Assembly (NCBI GenBank): GCA_033549025.1
Contig: JAWSUS010000008.1
Span: 32,001-96,000, forward strand
Length of the DNA: 64,000 nt
Reading direction: 5' to 3'
DNA from: Desulfuromonadales bacterium
GTDB taxonomy: Bacteria > Desulfobacterota > Desulfuromonadia > Desulfuromonadales > SZUA-540
The position numbers were made by a program, and so were the translations under genes. The notes under the pieces are model-generated. The model was not told the origin of the DNA. It was given only the letters and a program-made list of their open reading frames with translations, and searched no databases. Below, one piece after another: positions 37,250-46,239 of the stretch (within the stretch, counting starts at the first letter, position 1; every line of letters starts with the position of its first letter).

Positions 37250-37490
37250 ACATCGCTATAACTGCTTGGCTTGTGCGCTCCAGTCGCGGAACACACATGG
37301 CAATATCTGCTTGGCATATGCGAGGGCCGTTGCCGAAGGAATGGCTGTTTGCGGGGCTTGTCCGGTTCGGCCTGGGTCTCGACATGCCAATATCTACTTG
37401 GGTTATGTGAGAGAGCCCCGGCGTGAACATGCCTATATCTGCTTGGCTTATGCGGTTCGGCTTATGCGCACACATGCCAAGCGGATATCG
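37250..37490. repeat. Array of ~28-bp imperfect repeats at ~45-bp period
   Basis: Copies at 37250, 37295, 37382, 37427, a degenerate copy near 37340 and a partial/inverted copy at 37472; core ATGCCAA-TATCTGC-TTGGC. Confidence 0.85.
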
Positions 37491-37648
37491 GGAGCTGCTG
37501 GAGGAAGTCGAGGAGTGGAAATGATGATCGACGGCCGGTGAATGCCGATTCCGAAAGTGCAAGGAACACGTCTTATCCGCAATTCCTGGTGTAGCTGTCT
37601 GCCGCAAGTCGCCGTGTGCCGGGGTCATCGGAAAAGCCCTCCATGGTG

Positions 37649-38149
37649 TTATCCGCAATTCTTTCCGCGTTTCTTGCGGCCGGAGGTTTTCGTTGCCGGG
37701 GCGTTGGCGGCCTCGGCCACCTTCTCGAGCAGCGCCGCCGCCCATTCCGCCGGAGAGGTCTGCGGGCCTTTCGGCTCCTCACCCTCGCGGGCAATCTTGG
37801 TGGTCTTGAGATCCTTCATGTGGCAGCGGATCATCCGGTCGAGCTTTTCGGCGGCGTCGGTGTTCCCCTCGATCTGGGCGCGGACCAGCTTCACCGAATA
37901 GACGCCCACCAACTCCACCTGCAGGAAGTCGCTGGACTTGTTGAACTCGAAGTCCTGGTTGAGTCGGTCGATGATCGCGTCGAACATGACCTTCTCTTCC
38001 GGAGTCAGGCAGCGGTCGGCGAAGATGCCGTGACGCAGCCGGTTCTGGTTGCCCTCGGGCGCACCAGGCCCGCGCCGGGGCGGTTCGGTCTTACCCTCGT
38101 TGCGGTGCCAGCGGTCCAGCGTCTCTTTGTCCGGTTTGTTCAGTGCCAC
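37649..38149 (-). CDS. Putative terminase small subunit
   Basis: GAPEGNQNRLRHGIFA motif typical of small terminases. Confidence 0.7.
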   Translation of the reverse strand: MALNKPDKETLDRWHRNEGKTEPPRRGPGAPEGNQNRLRHGIFADRCLTPEEKVMFDAIIDRLNQDFEFNKSSDFLQVELVGVYSVKLVRAQIEGNTDAAEKLDRMIRCHMKDLKTTKIAREGEEPKGPQTSPAEWAAALLEKVAEAANAPATKTSGRKKRGKNCG

Positions 38150-38240
38150 GTGGAAATCCTGCCGAATATTGTTTTCCCAAGCCGGGATGCGGGGCGGGAG
38201 GCCGATTTAGCCTCCAAACGCGCTCCCGCCGGTTCAGGGG

Positions 38241-38271
38241 TTACTTACCGGAAGCGGCGGCCAACTGTCGG
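38241..38271 (-). promoter_or_regulatory. Phage promoter motif upstream of small terminase
   Basis: CCGAC-N15-CCGGTAAGTAA; its final TAA is the stop codon of the HTH gene. Confidence 0.78.
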
Positions 38272-38519
38272 TCCCGGTCCTGTTTTCGTTCGGCGGCGAT
38301 GATCTGATTGACCCGGCGAGTGGTCACTCCAGCGAGGTTGGAGATCTCCTGGCTGCTGATCCCCTGCAGATGAAGGGCAAGCACCAGGTCGCGGCGCTCC
38401 TGGTAAAACCTGCTCGGTGCAGGAACCCAGAGAATCCCGGTGTAGTGCTTCTGGATCTGCTCGAAGAGTTCCTCGGGCAGGACTTCCTTGGCGTTGGCGT
38501 AGCGTTTCTTTTTCTTCAC
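38241..38519 (-). CDS. Small HTH DNA-binding protein
   Basis: YANAKEVLPEELFEQIQKHY...GISSQEISNLAGVTTRRVNQII. Confidence 0.75.
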   Translation of the reverse strand: MKKKKRYANAKEVLPEELFEQIQKHYTGILWVPAPSRFYQERRDLVLALHLQGISSQEISNLAGVTTRRVNQIIAAERKQDRDRQLAAASGK

Positions 38520-38522
38520 GGC

Positions 38523-39293
38523 TCAATCCTCCACTTTCTTCATCCACGGCTGCGGCACGTCCGGGTTGTAGAACCGCAGCGTGCTGGGACGCCCGGACTT
38601 CGGCCCGTGGATAATTTCGATAGAACGCTCGGTGACCTCGCCAATCTCCTGATCGCCATCGACGAAGCAGACCAGGCCGTAGTCCTCGCCGCAGGGAAAC
38701 CGGAAGCGGCCCTGGTTCTGATAGAGGCGTGCCTCGGACCAGCCCTTGGCCATGGCCTCCTCACGGATGGCGTCGACCTTGGCGACAGCCTGGGAAGTCA
38801 CCGGCTGCTTACATTTCCAAGCTTGGTTCCCGGGATAAATCCAGTCCTTTCTGGGAGTTTCGACGGGTTTCTCCTGGGACTCGGGACGAAGCGCGGGTGG
38901 CCGGTAGTTCTTCGGGGAAAAGGACTGCAGGACCTCCTGGAGGCTTTCCTTGCCGAATTCCCGGATGGCCAGCTCCTGCAGGGCGTTGAATCGCTGCCGC
39001 AGCGTATTCCAGGCATCCTCGGGGAGCTTTCCGGCCTTGTGCGCGGCTTGGGCGGTGACCATGCGGGAACGTAGCCAGGCAAAGTATTCAGGCGACAGAC
39101 GGCGACACAGCGTGCCGTCGATCTCCATGTCTTCAGGCCAGTCGCGTGCGTCTTCGATCTCGTGGACGTCGAGCCCAGTGGAGACATAGATGGCGGGCTG
39201 CGGTGGTTGCGGTGGTAATAATGGGACTTCACATCCGGCCGAGGCGTCCTGACCTCCGGCGGTGTGCTTGATCATGGTTTTCAGAAGGCTCAT
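38523..39293 (-). CDS. Hypothetical protein
   Basis: 256 aa ORF downstream of a motif copy, GGAG RBS. Confidence 0.65.
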   Translation of the reverse strand: MSLLKTMIKHTAGGQDASAGCEVPLLPPQPPQPAIYVSTGLDVHEIEDARDWPEDMEIDGTLCRRLSPEYFAWLRSRMVTAQAAHKAGKLPEDAWNTLRQRFNALQELAIREFGKESLQEVLQSFSPKNYRPPALRPESQEKPVETPRKDWIYPGNQAWKCKQPVTSQAVAKVDAIREEAMAKGWSEARLYQNQGRFRFPCGEDYGLVCFVDGDQEIGEVTERSIEIIHGPKSGRPSTLRFYNPDVPQPWMKKVED

Positions 39294-39333
39294 GGTTTCA
39301 GGCTCCAGAAATACGGGTTAATCGCTTTTCCCG

Positions 39334-39364
39334 TTACTTACCGGATCTGCCCTGAAACCGTCGG
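39334..39364 (-). promoter_or_regulatory. Phage promoter motif next to the origin
   Basis: CCGAC-N15-CCGGTAAGTAA. Confidence 0.8.
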
Positions 39365-39375
39365 TGACCATCTGC

Positions 39376-39727
39376 TGCGGTGGATACGTGCGGTGGCTGC
39401 GGTGGTCGTGCGGTGGAAGGTTTCCTCGTCCCACCGCAGGGCATGGCTCTTTGTTTGTTATTTGTTTTTAGATAGTTATGAAGAAAGAGAAGATAGAGTG
39501 CGGTGGTTGCGGTGGTATTTGGGGAATGTCTCTCTCGCTGGGCCGGAATTTCTCTAGCGGGAAACGCCAGGTTGGTAGGAAGGAAAAATATTTCAGCCCA
39601 TAGGGGGTGAGACCTCTGGGTTTACCACCGCAACCACCGCAAAGGCCATGAAAGCTCTGTCTGGCAAGGGTTTGGCGTGCGGTGGTTATCCACCGCAAGG
39701 GACAGCGGTGTTCACCGCACCACCGCA
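39376..39727. repeat. Putative phage replication origin: TGCGGTGG iterons around an AT-rich tract
   Basis: 12 exact octamers in both orientations, AT-rich 39449-39497, directly downstream of the primase-helicase. Confidence 0.75.
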
Positions 39728-39780
39728 AAAGAAAAGGACGCCCGAGAGCGTCCTGGATGATTTGGTCAGATGGCGTGGAG

Positions 39781-42700
39781 TTAGAGATTGGCAGTCTTGA
39801 CGATCCGGTATTCGAAGTTCTTGGTGTGGGCGTTGCGCTGCCGGTCGATGTCAAACCCGGCGTCCCGGATGACGTCCAGGTCGTTGCTGATGCGCCGACC
39901 GAGCTGGGCGGGCTTCTTGTATTCGAACTCGAGGTTGAATTCCCGGCCGACCCTGCGCAGCGCCGCGAGCAGCCGTCCCGCCGACACCGGTTCCATGGTG
40001 TTCTCGTTCTCGAACCTCACCTGATAGCGTTCGATGAACCCCACCACGTGGTTTGCCCGGTCGTCCTCGCCGTAGCGGGCCTTCTCGTCCAGTTCCACCG
40101 CGTTCCGGTAGGCATGGAAGAGCGACGCCAGCGCCGTGGCAATGGGGTTCGACTCCCGGGCCATTTCCTGGCTGGTGTCGTTAATGGAATGGATCTGCTC
40201 GATGAACAGCGGGCTCAGCTCCTCGAGTCCGGTGGTCACCTCGTGCTCCTCGGACCCGGCCAGCATCATCAGATACATCAGGCTCAGATAGTCGTTGCAC
40301 CGGCGCTTGCCATGAGTCGGCATGGTTCGGTGCAGCAGACGCATGACCTGTTTCTGGGCTCCGTCCCGAATCATCGCCAACACATGGCTCGTCCGCTTCA
40401 TGATGGCCGAAATGATCAGATCCCGGTTCTGCTGGATGGCGGAGATGACCTCCGATTCCAGAAAGCAGTCGCTGGCCTGGTTGGCGAGGTCGAAGTTGAT
40501 GACGAAGGACCTCGACAGTATCTCCGAAAGCTCCCCGCACAGCGGCTCGATGCCGGTGGTGTTCAGCAGGCATTTGGTCCGCTCGGTGATGGTCTCGCTG
40601 TCTGTGCCGCTCTTGCGTTTCTCCTTGGCGATGCCGGTGATGCTGGTCAGCATGAAGGTGGTCAGATCCTCGGTCATCTGCTTGACCTCGATGTTGTCGA
40701 GGACGATGAGCGGGTTCTGCGAGCCATCGGTGTAGTTCGCCGCGTCGGTGGCTTTCTTGTGCTGGGGCTCGCCGTAAAGCAGCGTCGACGTGATCTTGCT
40801 GGCGGTGGTCTTGCCCGATCCGGCCGAACCCTCGAAGCGGGTCATGGGCCGCGTCCCGGCGAAGTCGATCAGCAGGAAACAGGAGAGCCAGGAAAGGATG
40901 AGAAATCGATCCCCCTGCGGACAGGTCATATTGCCCACCAGCAGATCGACCAGGAGCCGGTCCGCCTCTTCGAGGTCGGCGTCGGGCAGGAATTTCAGCG
41001 GCTTCATCTTGCGCGAGCCGTCCAGGATGATGCCGTCCTCGTTGCCGCCGTTCTTCATGATCTGAATCTCGTCCGGGGTGATCTTGGCGATCTCGTGCTC
41101 CGGATTGTTCAGGTTGAAATAGACGGTGTAGGAGGCCACATCGGTGTGCAGCCAGGAAAAATGGTCGCGCACCTGGCCACGGATCATCGCCAGGCTTGGC
41201 AACACCTCGAAAAATGTCCGTCCGCCGTTGGAGGTCGGCACCATGCCCGCGTGCTTATAGAGCATGGCCGCGTAATGGCGCTTGCGGCCCCGGTCCGGCG
41301 AATCCATCCAGTAGATGGCGTTGTCGAAATACATGAACGGCTCGCCCTGCAGGGTGTGAAAGAACTGGGCACCGTTGGCGGTGAACCAGTCGTAGGCGGC
41401 CTCGGCGGCCAGGGTGTAGTCGGGAGCGCCGTTCTCCAGTTCCGTGTCGATCAGCACCTCGTCGACCCGGGCGCGGCATGATCCGGGCATCGCGCCGGAC
41501 ATCCGCTTGGCCTTCTTCTTTTCATTACGGAACTCGACCTTGCGGTCCTTCTGGATGGCGCGGATCTGCTCTTTCAGGGTGGCCATCGAAACGCCACCGC
41601 CGATGCGCTCCTGCACCAGCTTCAGCAGGCGGGCCTGTTCCAGCGGCGACTGCTCGGAAATCTCCCTCAGGATCGGTTCGAGCAGGCGGTTGCGTTCCTC
41701 CTCATCAGCGCCCTCGGGTAGCGAGCGCACGCCGAACTCGATGGGCGTGCTGGCTTCTGCGAGCAGGCGTTCGAAATCCTCCCGGGTATGCCCGGCGGCA
41801 ATGTAATCGTTGACGTCTATCTTGGCGGTGGCGAGAAGCGCCTCGGCCGCCTGAATCTCTTCGGCGGGACGTCCCGCCAGCAGCTTGGCCAGCTCCTTCG
41901 GCCCCACGCTCGCCGTCAGGCCGAAGCGTTTGGTCAGCTCCTGCCGGGCCGAGATCTGTGTCTCCGACAAGGGCAGCGTCACCAGGCGGGTGTCGATCTT
42001 GTGTTCGGCCAGGGTGCGAGCGGTTTGCAGCGCCCCCTTGAGACCGGCCTGGGAGAGTTCGTTGTCCTGGCAGATGTAGACGGTTTCGACGCCGCGCAGC
42101 TTGGGGATCAGGCGCTCCCAATCGGCGGCCCGGATGCGAACGGTGACCGGCGACACGGTGGGCAGGCCCAGTTGCATCAGCGCCAGGCAATCGGTCACCC
42201 CCTCGGTGATGATCACCTTGCCGGGCCTGGCCAGCAGGCAGTCCTCGTTGAACAGCAGCGCGTTGTTGATGAAGTCGGCGACGTAGGGCCGCTGGTGCTC
42301 GTCGTGAACCGGCAGTTTCTTGTATTTCCCTTGCTCCCAGCCCACGTCCGGGGTCCACGGCGTCTTGCGGCCGATCATGAACACCACCCGGCCACGGCTC
42401 CAGTAGGGAAAGACGATGCGGCGCTCGAAAAATGGCGTCAGGCCATCCTGGCTCGTGGGCCGGAAAGCGCCGGTGGCGGCAAGCTCCCGCTTGGAGAAGC
42501 CGTCTTCGCCCCGGGTCAGTTGGGCGACCGCGCCGGACGCGTTGTCCGCGTAGCCGATCAGGAGATCGTCGATGGTCTCCTCGCTCAGGGCGTATTTGGA
42601 TTTCAGCCAGTCGAGGACCTCCGGCGACTCCTTGAGCCTGGCGTGGTAAAGCCTGGCCAGCGCGGTCAGCGCGTCCTTGACCCGCAGTTCGAAGGCGCGG

Positions 42701-43095
42701 TCGGCCTCTGTCTGGGCCAGACGCTCCTGGCTGAGGCCATAGCGCGACAGCGGCGGCAAGCCCGCCTTCTTGGCGAGATAGTCCCGGGCCTGACGGTGGC
42801 TGTCCGGCATCGGACCGGATTGCCCGGCGGTGACCGAGCCCGTCTGAATGAACTCAACGAGCTGCAGCACATCACCGCCGACTCCGCAGCCGAAGCAGTA
42901 CCAGCCCTGCTTGTCGAGCATCACGTGCAGCGACAGACGCGACTGGCTCTGATGGTTGGGGCAGTCGCACATCAAGCGCTGGCCGGTCTCTTGGGTGATC
43001 CGTCCCGGCAGGAGTGCCCGGGCCACGTCACCGATGTCCATCTCGGTGACGAGCCGGTAATACTCCCTGACGTTATCCGTTCCGCCCATACTCAT
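39781..43095 (-). CDS. DNA primase-helicase (zinc finger, TOPRIM, P-loop)
   Basis: CPNH..CFGC, ITEGVTD, CQDNE, KIDVND, GSAGSGKT. Confidence 0.9.
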   Translation of the reverse strand: MSMGGTDNVREYYRLVTEMDIGDVARALLPGRITQETGQRLMCDCPNHQSQSRLSLHVMLDKQGWYCFGCGVGGDVLQLVEFIQTGSVTAGQSGPMPDSHRQARDYLAKKAGLPPLSRYGLSQERLAQTEADRAFELRVKDALTALARLYHARLKESPEVLDWLKSKYALSEETIDDLLIGYADNASGAVAQLTRGEDGFSKRELAATGAFRPTSQDGLTPFFERRIVFPYWSRGRVVFMIGRKTPWTPDVGWEQGKYKKLPVHDEHQRPYVADFINNALLFNEDCLLARPGKVIITEGVTDCLALMQLGLPTVSPVTVRIRAADWERLIPKLRGVETVYICQDNELSQAGLKGALQTARTLAEHKIDTRLVTLPLSETQISARQELTKRFGLTASVGPKELAKLLAGRPAEEIQAAEALLATAKIDVNDYIAAGHTREDFERLLAEASTPIEFGVRSLPEGADEEERNRLLEPILREISEQSPLEQARLLKLVQERIGGGVSMATLKEQIRAIQKDRKVEFRNEKKKAKRMSGAMPGSCRARVDEVLIDTELENGAPDYTLAAEAAYDWFTANGAQFFHTLQGEPFMYFDNAIYWMDSPDRGRKRHYAAMLYKHAGMVPTSNGGRTFFEVLPSLAMIRGQVRDHFSWLHTDVASYTVYFNLNNPEHEIAKITPDEIQIMKNGGNEDGIILDGSRKMKPLKFLPDADLEEADRLLVDLLVGNMTCPQGDRFLILSWLSCFLLIDFAGTRPMTRFEGSAGSGKTTASKITSTLLYGEPQHKKATDAANYTDGSQNPLIVLDNIEVKQMTEDLTTFMLTSITGIAKEKRKSGTDSETITERTKCLLNTTGIEPLCGELSEILSRSFVINFDLANQASDCFLESEVISAIQQNRDLIISAIMKRTSHVLAMIRDGAQKQVMRLLHRTMPTHGKRRCNDYLSLMYLMMLAGSEEHEVTTGLEELSPLFIEQIHSINDTSQEMARESNPIATALASLFHAYRNAVELDEKARYGEDDRANHVVGFIERYQVRFENENTMEPVSAGRLLAALRRVGREFNLEFEYKKPAQLGRRISNDLDVIRDAGFDIDRQRNAHTKNFEYRIVKTANL

Positions 43096-45320
43096 TCGGC
43101 CTCCGCGACACGGGCGAAATCCGCCTCCGCGTGCTGGGCGGCGTCCAGAAACAGGGGCAGAAAGGTCCGGCGGTCATCCACCTGGCACCGTTTGGCGCAG
43201 TTCTGGATGCCCCAGTGATCACCCAGAACAATGGCGGTGCGTCGGGCGCGGGTCACCCCGGTGTAGAGCAGATTGCGGTGGTGCATGAAGGAATGCGCCT
43301 TGTGGACCACCACCACGGCGCAGGGGAATTCGGAACCCTGGGTTTTGTGGATGGTGAGCGCATAGGCGAGCTGCAGGTCCTGCAGGTCGGGCGAACCCTT
43401 TTCCATCTCCACCGGCATGCCGTCGAAGTCGATGACCAGGGTGCCGTTCGCGAGGACATCGACCACATAGCCGATGGCACCGTTCATCACATTCAGGTCG
43501 TAATTGTTCCGGGTCTGGATGACCTTGTCGTGCTTGAGAAACGGAGCGCGGCGGCCCATAGCGACCGGCGGTACCTCGGCGTTCCAGAGCTTGCGCTGGA
43601 TGAGCCGCTGCAGTTCCTCGTTCAGTTCCTTGGTGCCGAGCGGCCCCTTGTGGGTCGGCGTCAGCACCTGCACGTCCTTGATGATGTCGAACCCCAGGGC
43701 GTCGAGCCGCTCCTGAAACAGCTCCAGCAGGAACGAGCGTGCCGCCATCGGGTCGGTGAACTGATCCACCAGATACCAATCCCGGCATCCGGCCACCGAT
43801 GCCTCGCTAGTCTTGCGCACCTCGCCCTTGAGAACGGCGGTGCAGTTCTCCTTGAGGACGCCAGCCTGACGCACGACCTTATCGAGGATGACCGTGGGGA
43901 TGGCGCGTGTCTGGATCAGATCGCGCAGGATGTTTCCGGGTCCCACCGGCGGAAGCTGGTTGTGGTCACCGACCAGCAGCACCGTGGTCCGCGACAGGTC
44001 GACTGCCTCGAACAAGTGCCAGGCCAGCGGCACGTCGACCATCGAAAACTCATCGACCACCAAGACGTCGGCATCGATGGGGTTCTCCTTGCTACGCGAG
44101 AAACCCTTGCCGTCATAGCCGAGCAGACGGTGGATGGTGGTGCCGCTACGGCCGCTGACTTCCTCCAGGCGCTTGGCGGCCTTGCCGGTCGGCGCGGCGA
44201 GCACGACCTCCAGGTCGCTCTCCTCGCAGATGGTGTTGATGACCGAAATGGTGTAGCTCTTGCCCGAACCGGCTCCACCCGAAATCAGGCTGATGCTGTG
44301 CTGGAGGGCCGAGCGCACCGCTTCGAGCTGCTTCTCGTTCAGCGTTGATGCGCAGCGCCGAATCAGGGCATCGAGTTTCTTGACGGACTGGAAATGCGGG
44401 TTGGGTGTTTCGGCCTGGCCGAACAGCGAGGCCAGCTCCCGCTCCATGCGGACGATCTCCGGCAGAGCGACCACGAAACGTCCACCGTGGGAATCGCAGG
44501 AAAGCGCCTGTTCTTCGATAAGAGCGTCGAGGGCGCTCTCGATGCGGACCCGGCTGTCCAGGGCATCCATGACCAGTAGCAGATTGGTCTGGTCCACCAG
44601 ATCCTCGTATTCGATCCAGCAGTGGCCATTGTCCAGGGCATCACGGACGCAAAACAGCAGACCGGCCCGGATACGGGGAACGTGGTCCTTGGGGGTGCCC
44701 AGCTTGCGGGCGATCTTGTCGACCTTCTTGAAGCCGAATCCCCGGATCTCCCGAATGAGGATGTACGGGTCTTCCTTTAGAATATCGAGGCAGTTGCCGC
44801 CGAGTCTTTCGACCAGGGTGGTGACCTGATGATGGGTCAGGCCGAATGCCGACAGCCAGGCCATGACGGTGTTGACGCTGCGGTTCTTCAACCACTCGTC
44901 ACGCAGCCGCCGGGCCGCGTCCAGCGGCAGCCGAGCCTTGAGCGCGATGCGTTCGGGATCATTCAGAAGGGTTTCTTCAAAGGCGTCACCGAAGCTCTCG
45001 ACGATCAATCTGGCCTTGGCCGGACCAATGCCCTTGATCTCCGGATGGTTGGCCAGATAGTGGATCAGCCCCTCCGGATCGAGTTCGAGGTCGTGCTCCA
45101 TCCCGTCGACCTTGAACTGACGGCCGTATTTGGGATGGGTGGACCACGACCCGAGCAGGACCACAGGCTGATTTTCCCGGGCGAACAAATTGCCCGCGAA
45201 CTGGACCTCCTCACCGGTCGGGGTGAGCAGTCGGCCTGCGGAAAACTTGGGTCCGGCATAGTAAACGCGCTCTATTCTTCCCCGGAGTCGCGCCGGGTTA
45301 CTCTCATTTCTTTTTGGCAT
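43092..45320 (-). CDS. RecD2-like SF1B helicase
   Basis: HhH (IKGIGP), GGAGSGKS, VVDEFSM, VGDHNQL, YALTIHKTQGSE, YTGVTRA. Confidence 0.92.
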   Translation of the reverse strand: MPKRNESNPARLRGRIERVYYAGPKFSAGRLLTPTGEEVQFAGNLFARENQPVVLLGSWSTHPKYGRQFKVDGMEHDLELDPEGLIHYLANHPEIKGIGPAKARLIVESFGDAFEETLLNDPERIALKARLPLDAARRLRDEWLKNRSVNTVMAWLSAFGLTHHQVTTLVERLGGNCLDILKEDPYILIREIRGFGFKKVDKIARKLGTPKDHVPRIRAGLLFCVRDALDNGHCWIEYEDLVDQTNLLLVMDALDSRVRIESALDALIEEQALSCDSHGGRFVVALPEIVRMERELASLFGQAETPNPHFQSVKKLDALIRRCASTLNEKQLEAVRSALQHSISLISGGAGSGKSYTISVINTICEESDLEVVLAAPTGKAAKRLEEVSGRSGTTIHRLLGYDGKGFSRSKENPIDADVLVVDEFSMVDVPLAWHLFEAVDLSRTTVLLVGDHNQLPPVGPGNILRDLIQTRAIPTVILDKVVRQAGVLKENCTAVLKGEVRKTSEASVAGCRDWYLVDQFTDPMAARSFLLELFQERLDALGFDIIKDVQVLTPTHKGPLGTKELNEELQRLIQRKLWNAEVPPVAMGRRAPFLKHDKVIQTRNNYDLNVMNGAIGYVVDVLANGTLVIDFDGMPVEMEKGSPDLQDLQLAYALTIHKTQGSEFPCAVVVVHKAHSFMHHRNLLYTGVTRARRTAIVLGDHWGIQNCAKRCQVDDRRTFLPLFLDAAQHAEADFARVAEAE

Positions 45321-45754
45321 CTCGCGATCCTCCGGTGAAAACGTGTCAGGTACTCCTCGACAAAACGGCAGGCGGCCTGCCGGTCCGAGCAGAAGTAGAC
45401 GGGGACACCGAAGTCGACGACGATTGAGGCGACCGTTCCGATCAGCGCGTGCGGGTGGGCATCGCTGCGGTAGCGGCCATCGACCAGATCGCGAAAGTTG
45501 CACTCGACAACCACACAGGCGGATTCGTAGGCGGAGAGCTTTTCCAGCACGCGGTGAAACCGCTTGCGCCCCCGGATGACGGTGGAGACGAAATCCGTCA
45601 GGGATTTGCGCTCCACCGCCACCCGTTCTTCGAGGCCGACCAGTGAGTAATCACCGGCGGGCAGCGCCTTGCGAACCGCCGAAACCTTGTCGCTATCGAA
45701 GCTGTAGGGCTCCTGTTCGCGGGTGTCGACGACAACGGTGATCCGGTCCATCAT
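45272..45754 (-). CDS. ERCC4-domain nuclease
   Basis: VDTREQ, GDYS, VERKS. Confidence 0.9.
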   Translation of the reverse strand: MMDRITVVVDTREQEPYSFDSDKVSAVRKALPAGDYSLVGLEERVAVERKSLTDFVSTVIRGRKRFHRVLEKLSAYESACVVVECNFRDLVDGRYRSDAHPHALIGTVASIVVDFGVPVYFCSDRQAACRFVEEYLTRFHRRIARCQKEMRVTRRDSGEE

Positions 45755-46227
45755 CAGAACGGGATCATGTCGTCCATCGCCGCGCCGGGAGCCCCGGCAT
45801 CGTCGGCCATGACAATGTGACGGTTGAAGTAGATGTTCTCGTTTTCACCGCGAGTGCGTTTGGTCACCTCCAGCTTGATGTTGAGAAGCTGCTCGAGGTG
45901 GCCCGGCAGGTCGGAGAGCTTCTGAAGCTGCAGCCCGCAGGTATAGAGGTCCTGCTTGAGCCACTTGATGTTCTCGTTGCTGGCCATGACGTTGTTGCGC
46001 CAGAGCAGACGACCCTTGTGGGTCGGCGCGAGAATGCGCAGAGTCCACTTGAGCATGGGATTGCCCGAGGTCTGGGCGCGGGTCAGTTCGACCCGGTCGA
46101 CGTTGACCTGGTACTTGCCGTCGGGGACGGCCTCGAACTCACGTTCCTCGACTTCGGCGGTTTCAAAGGCGTCGTCGAACTGCGCCAGGTCGAGGTTGCT
46201 GCTGGATTGGTTTTCGTAGTGTTCCAT
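45754..46227 (-). CDS. DUF669-family putative ssDNA-binding protein
   Basis: VPDGKY...SGNPMLKW; acidic DDMIPF tail. Confidence 0.8.
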   Translation of the reverse strand: MEHYENQSSSNLDLAQFDDAFETAEVEEREFEAVPDGKYQVNVDRVELTRAQTSGNPMLKWTLRILAPTHKGRLLWRNNVMASNENIKWLKQDLYTCGLQLQKLSDLPGHLEQLLNIKLEVTKRTRGENENIYFNRHIVMADDAGAPGAAMDDMIPF

Positions 46228-46239
46228 GGTCGGATCTCC

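Noticed and set aside
37250..37490. Repeat array as a CRISPR array
   Set aside because: Repeats are degenerate, linkers only ~17 nt, and no cas operon is present
36714..37745. 343-aa minus-strand ORF with 15-aa repeats (SQADIGM)
   Set aside because: Overlaps the recombinase and terS, low-complexity composition; repeats better explained at DNA level, though not fully excluded
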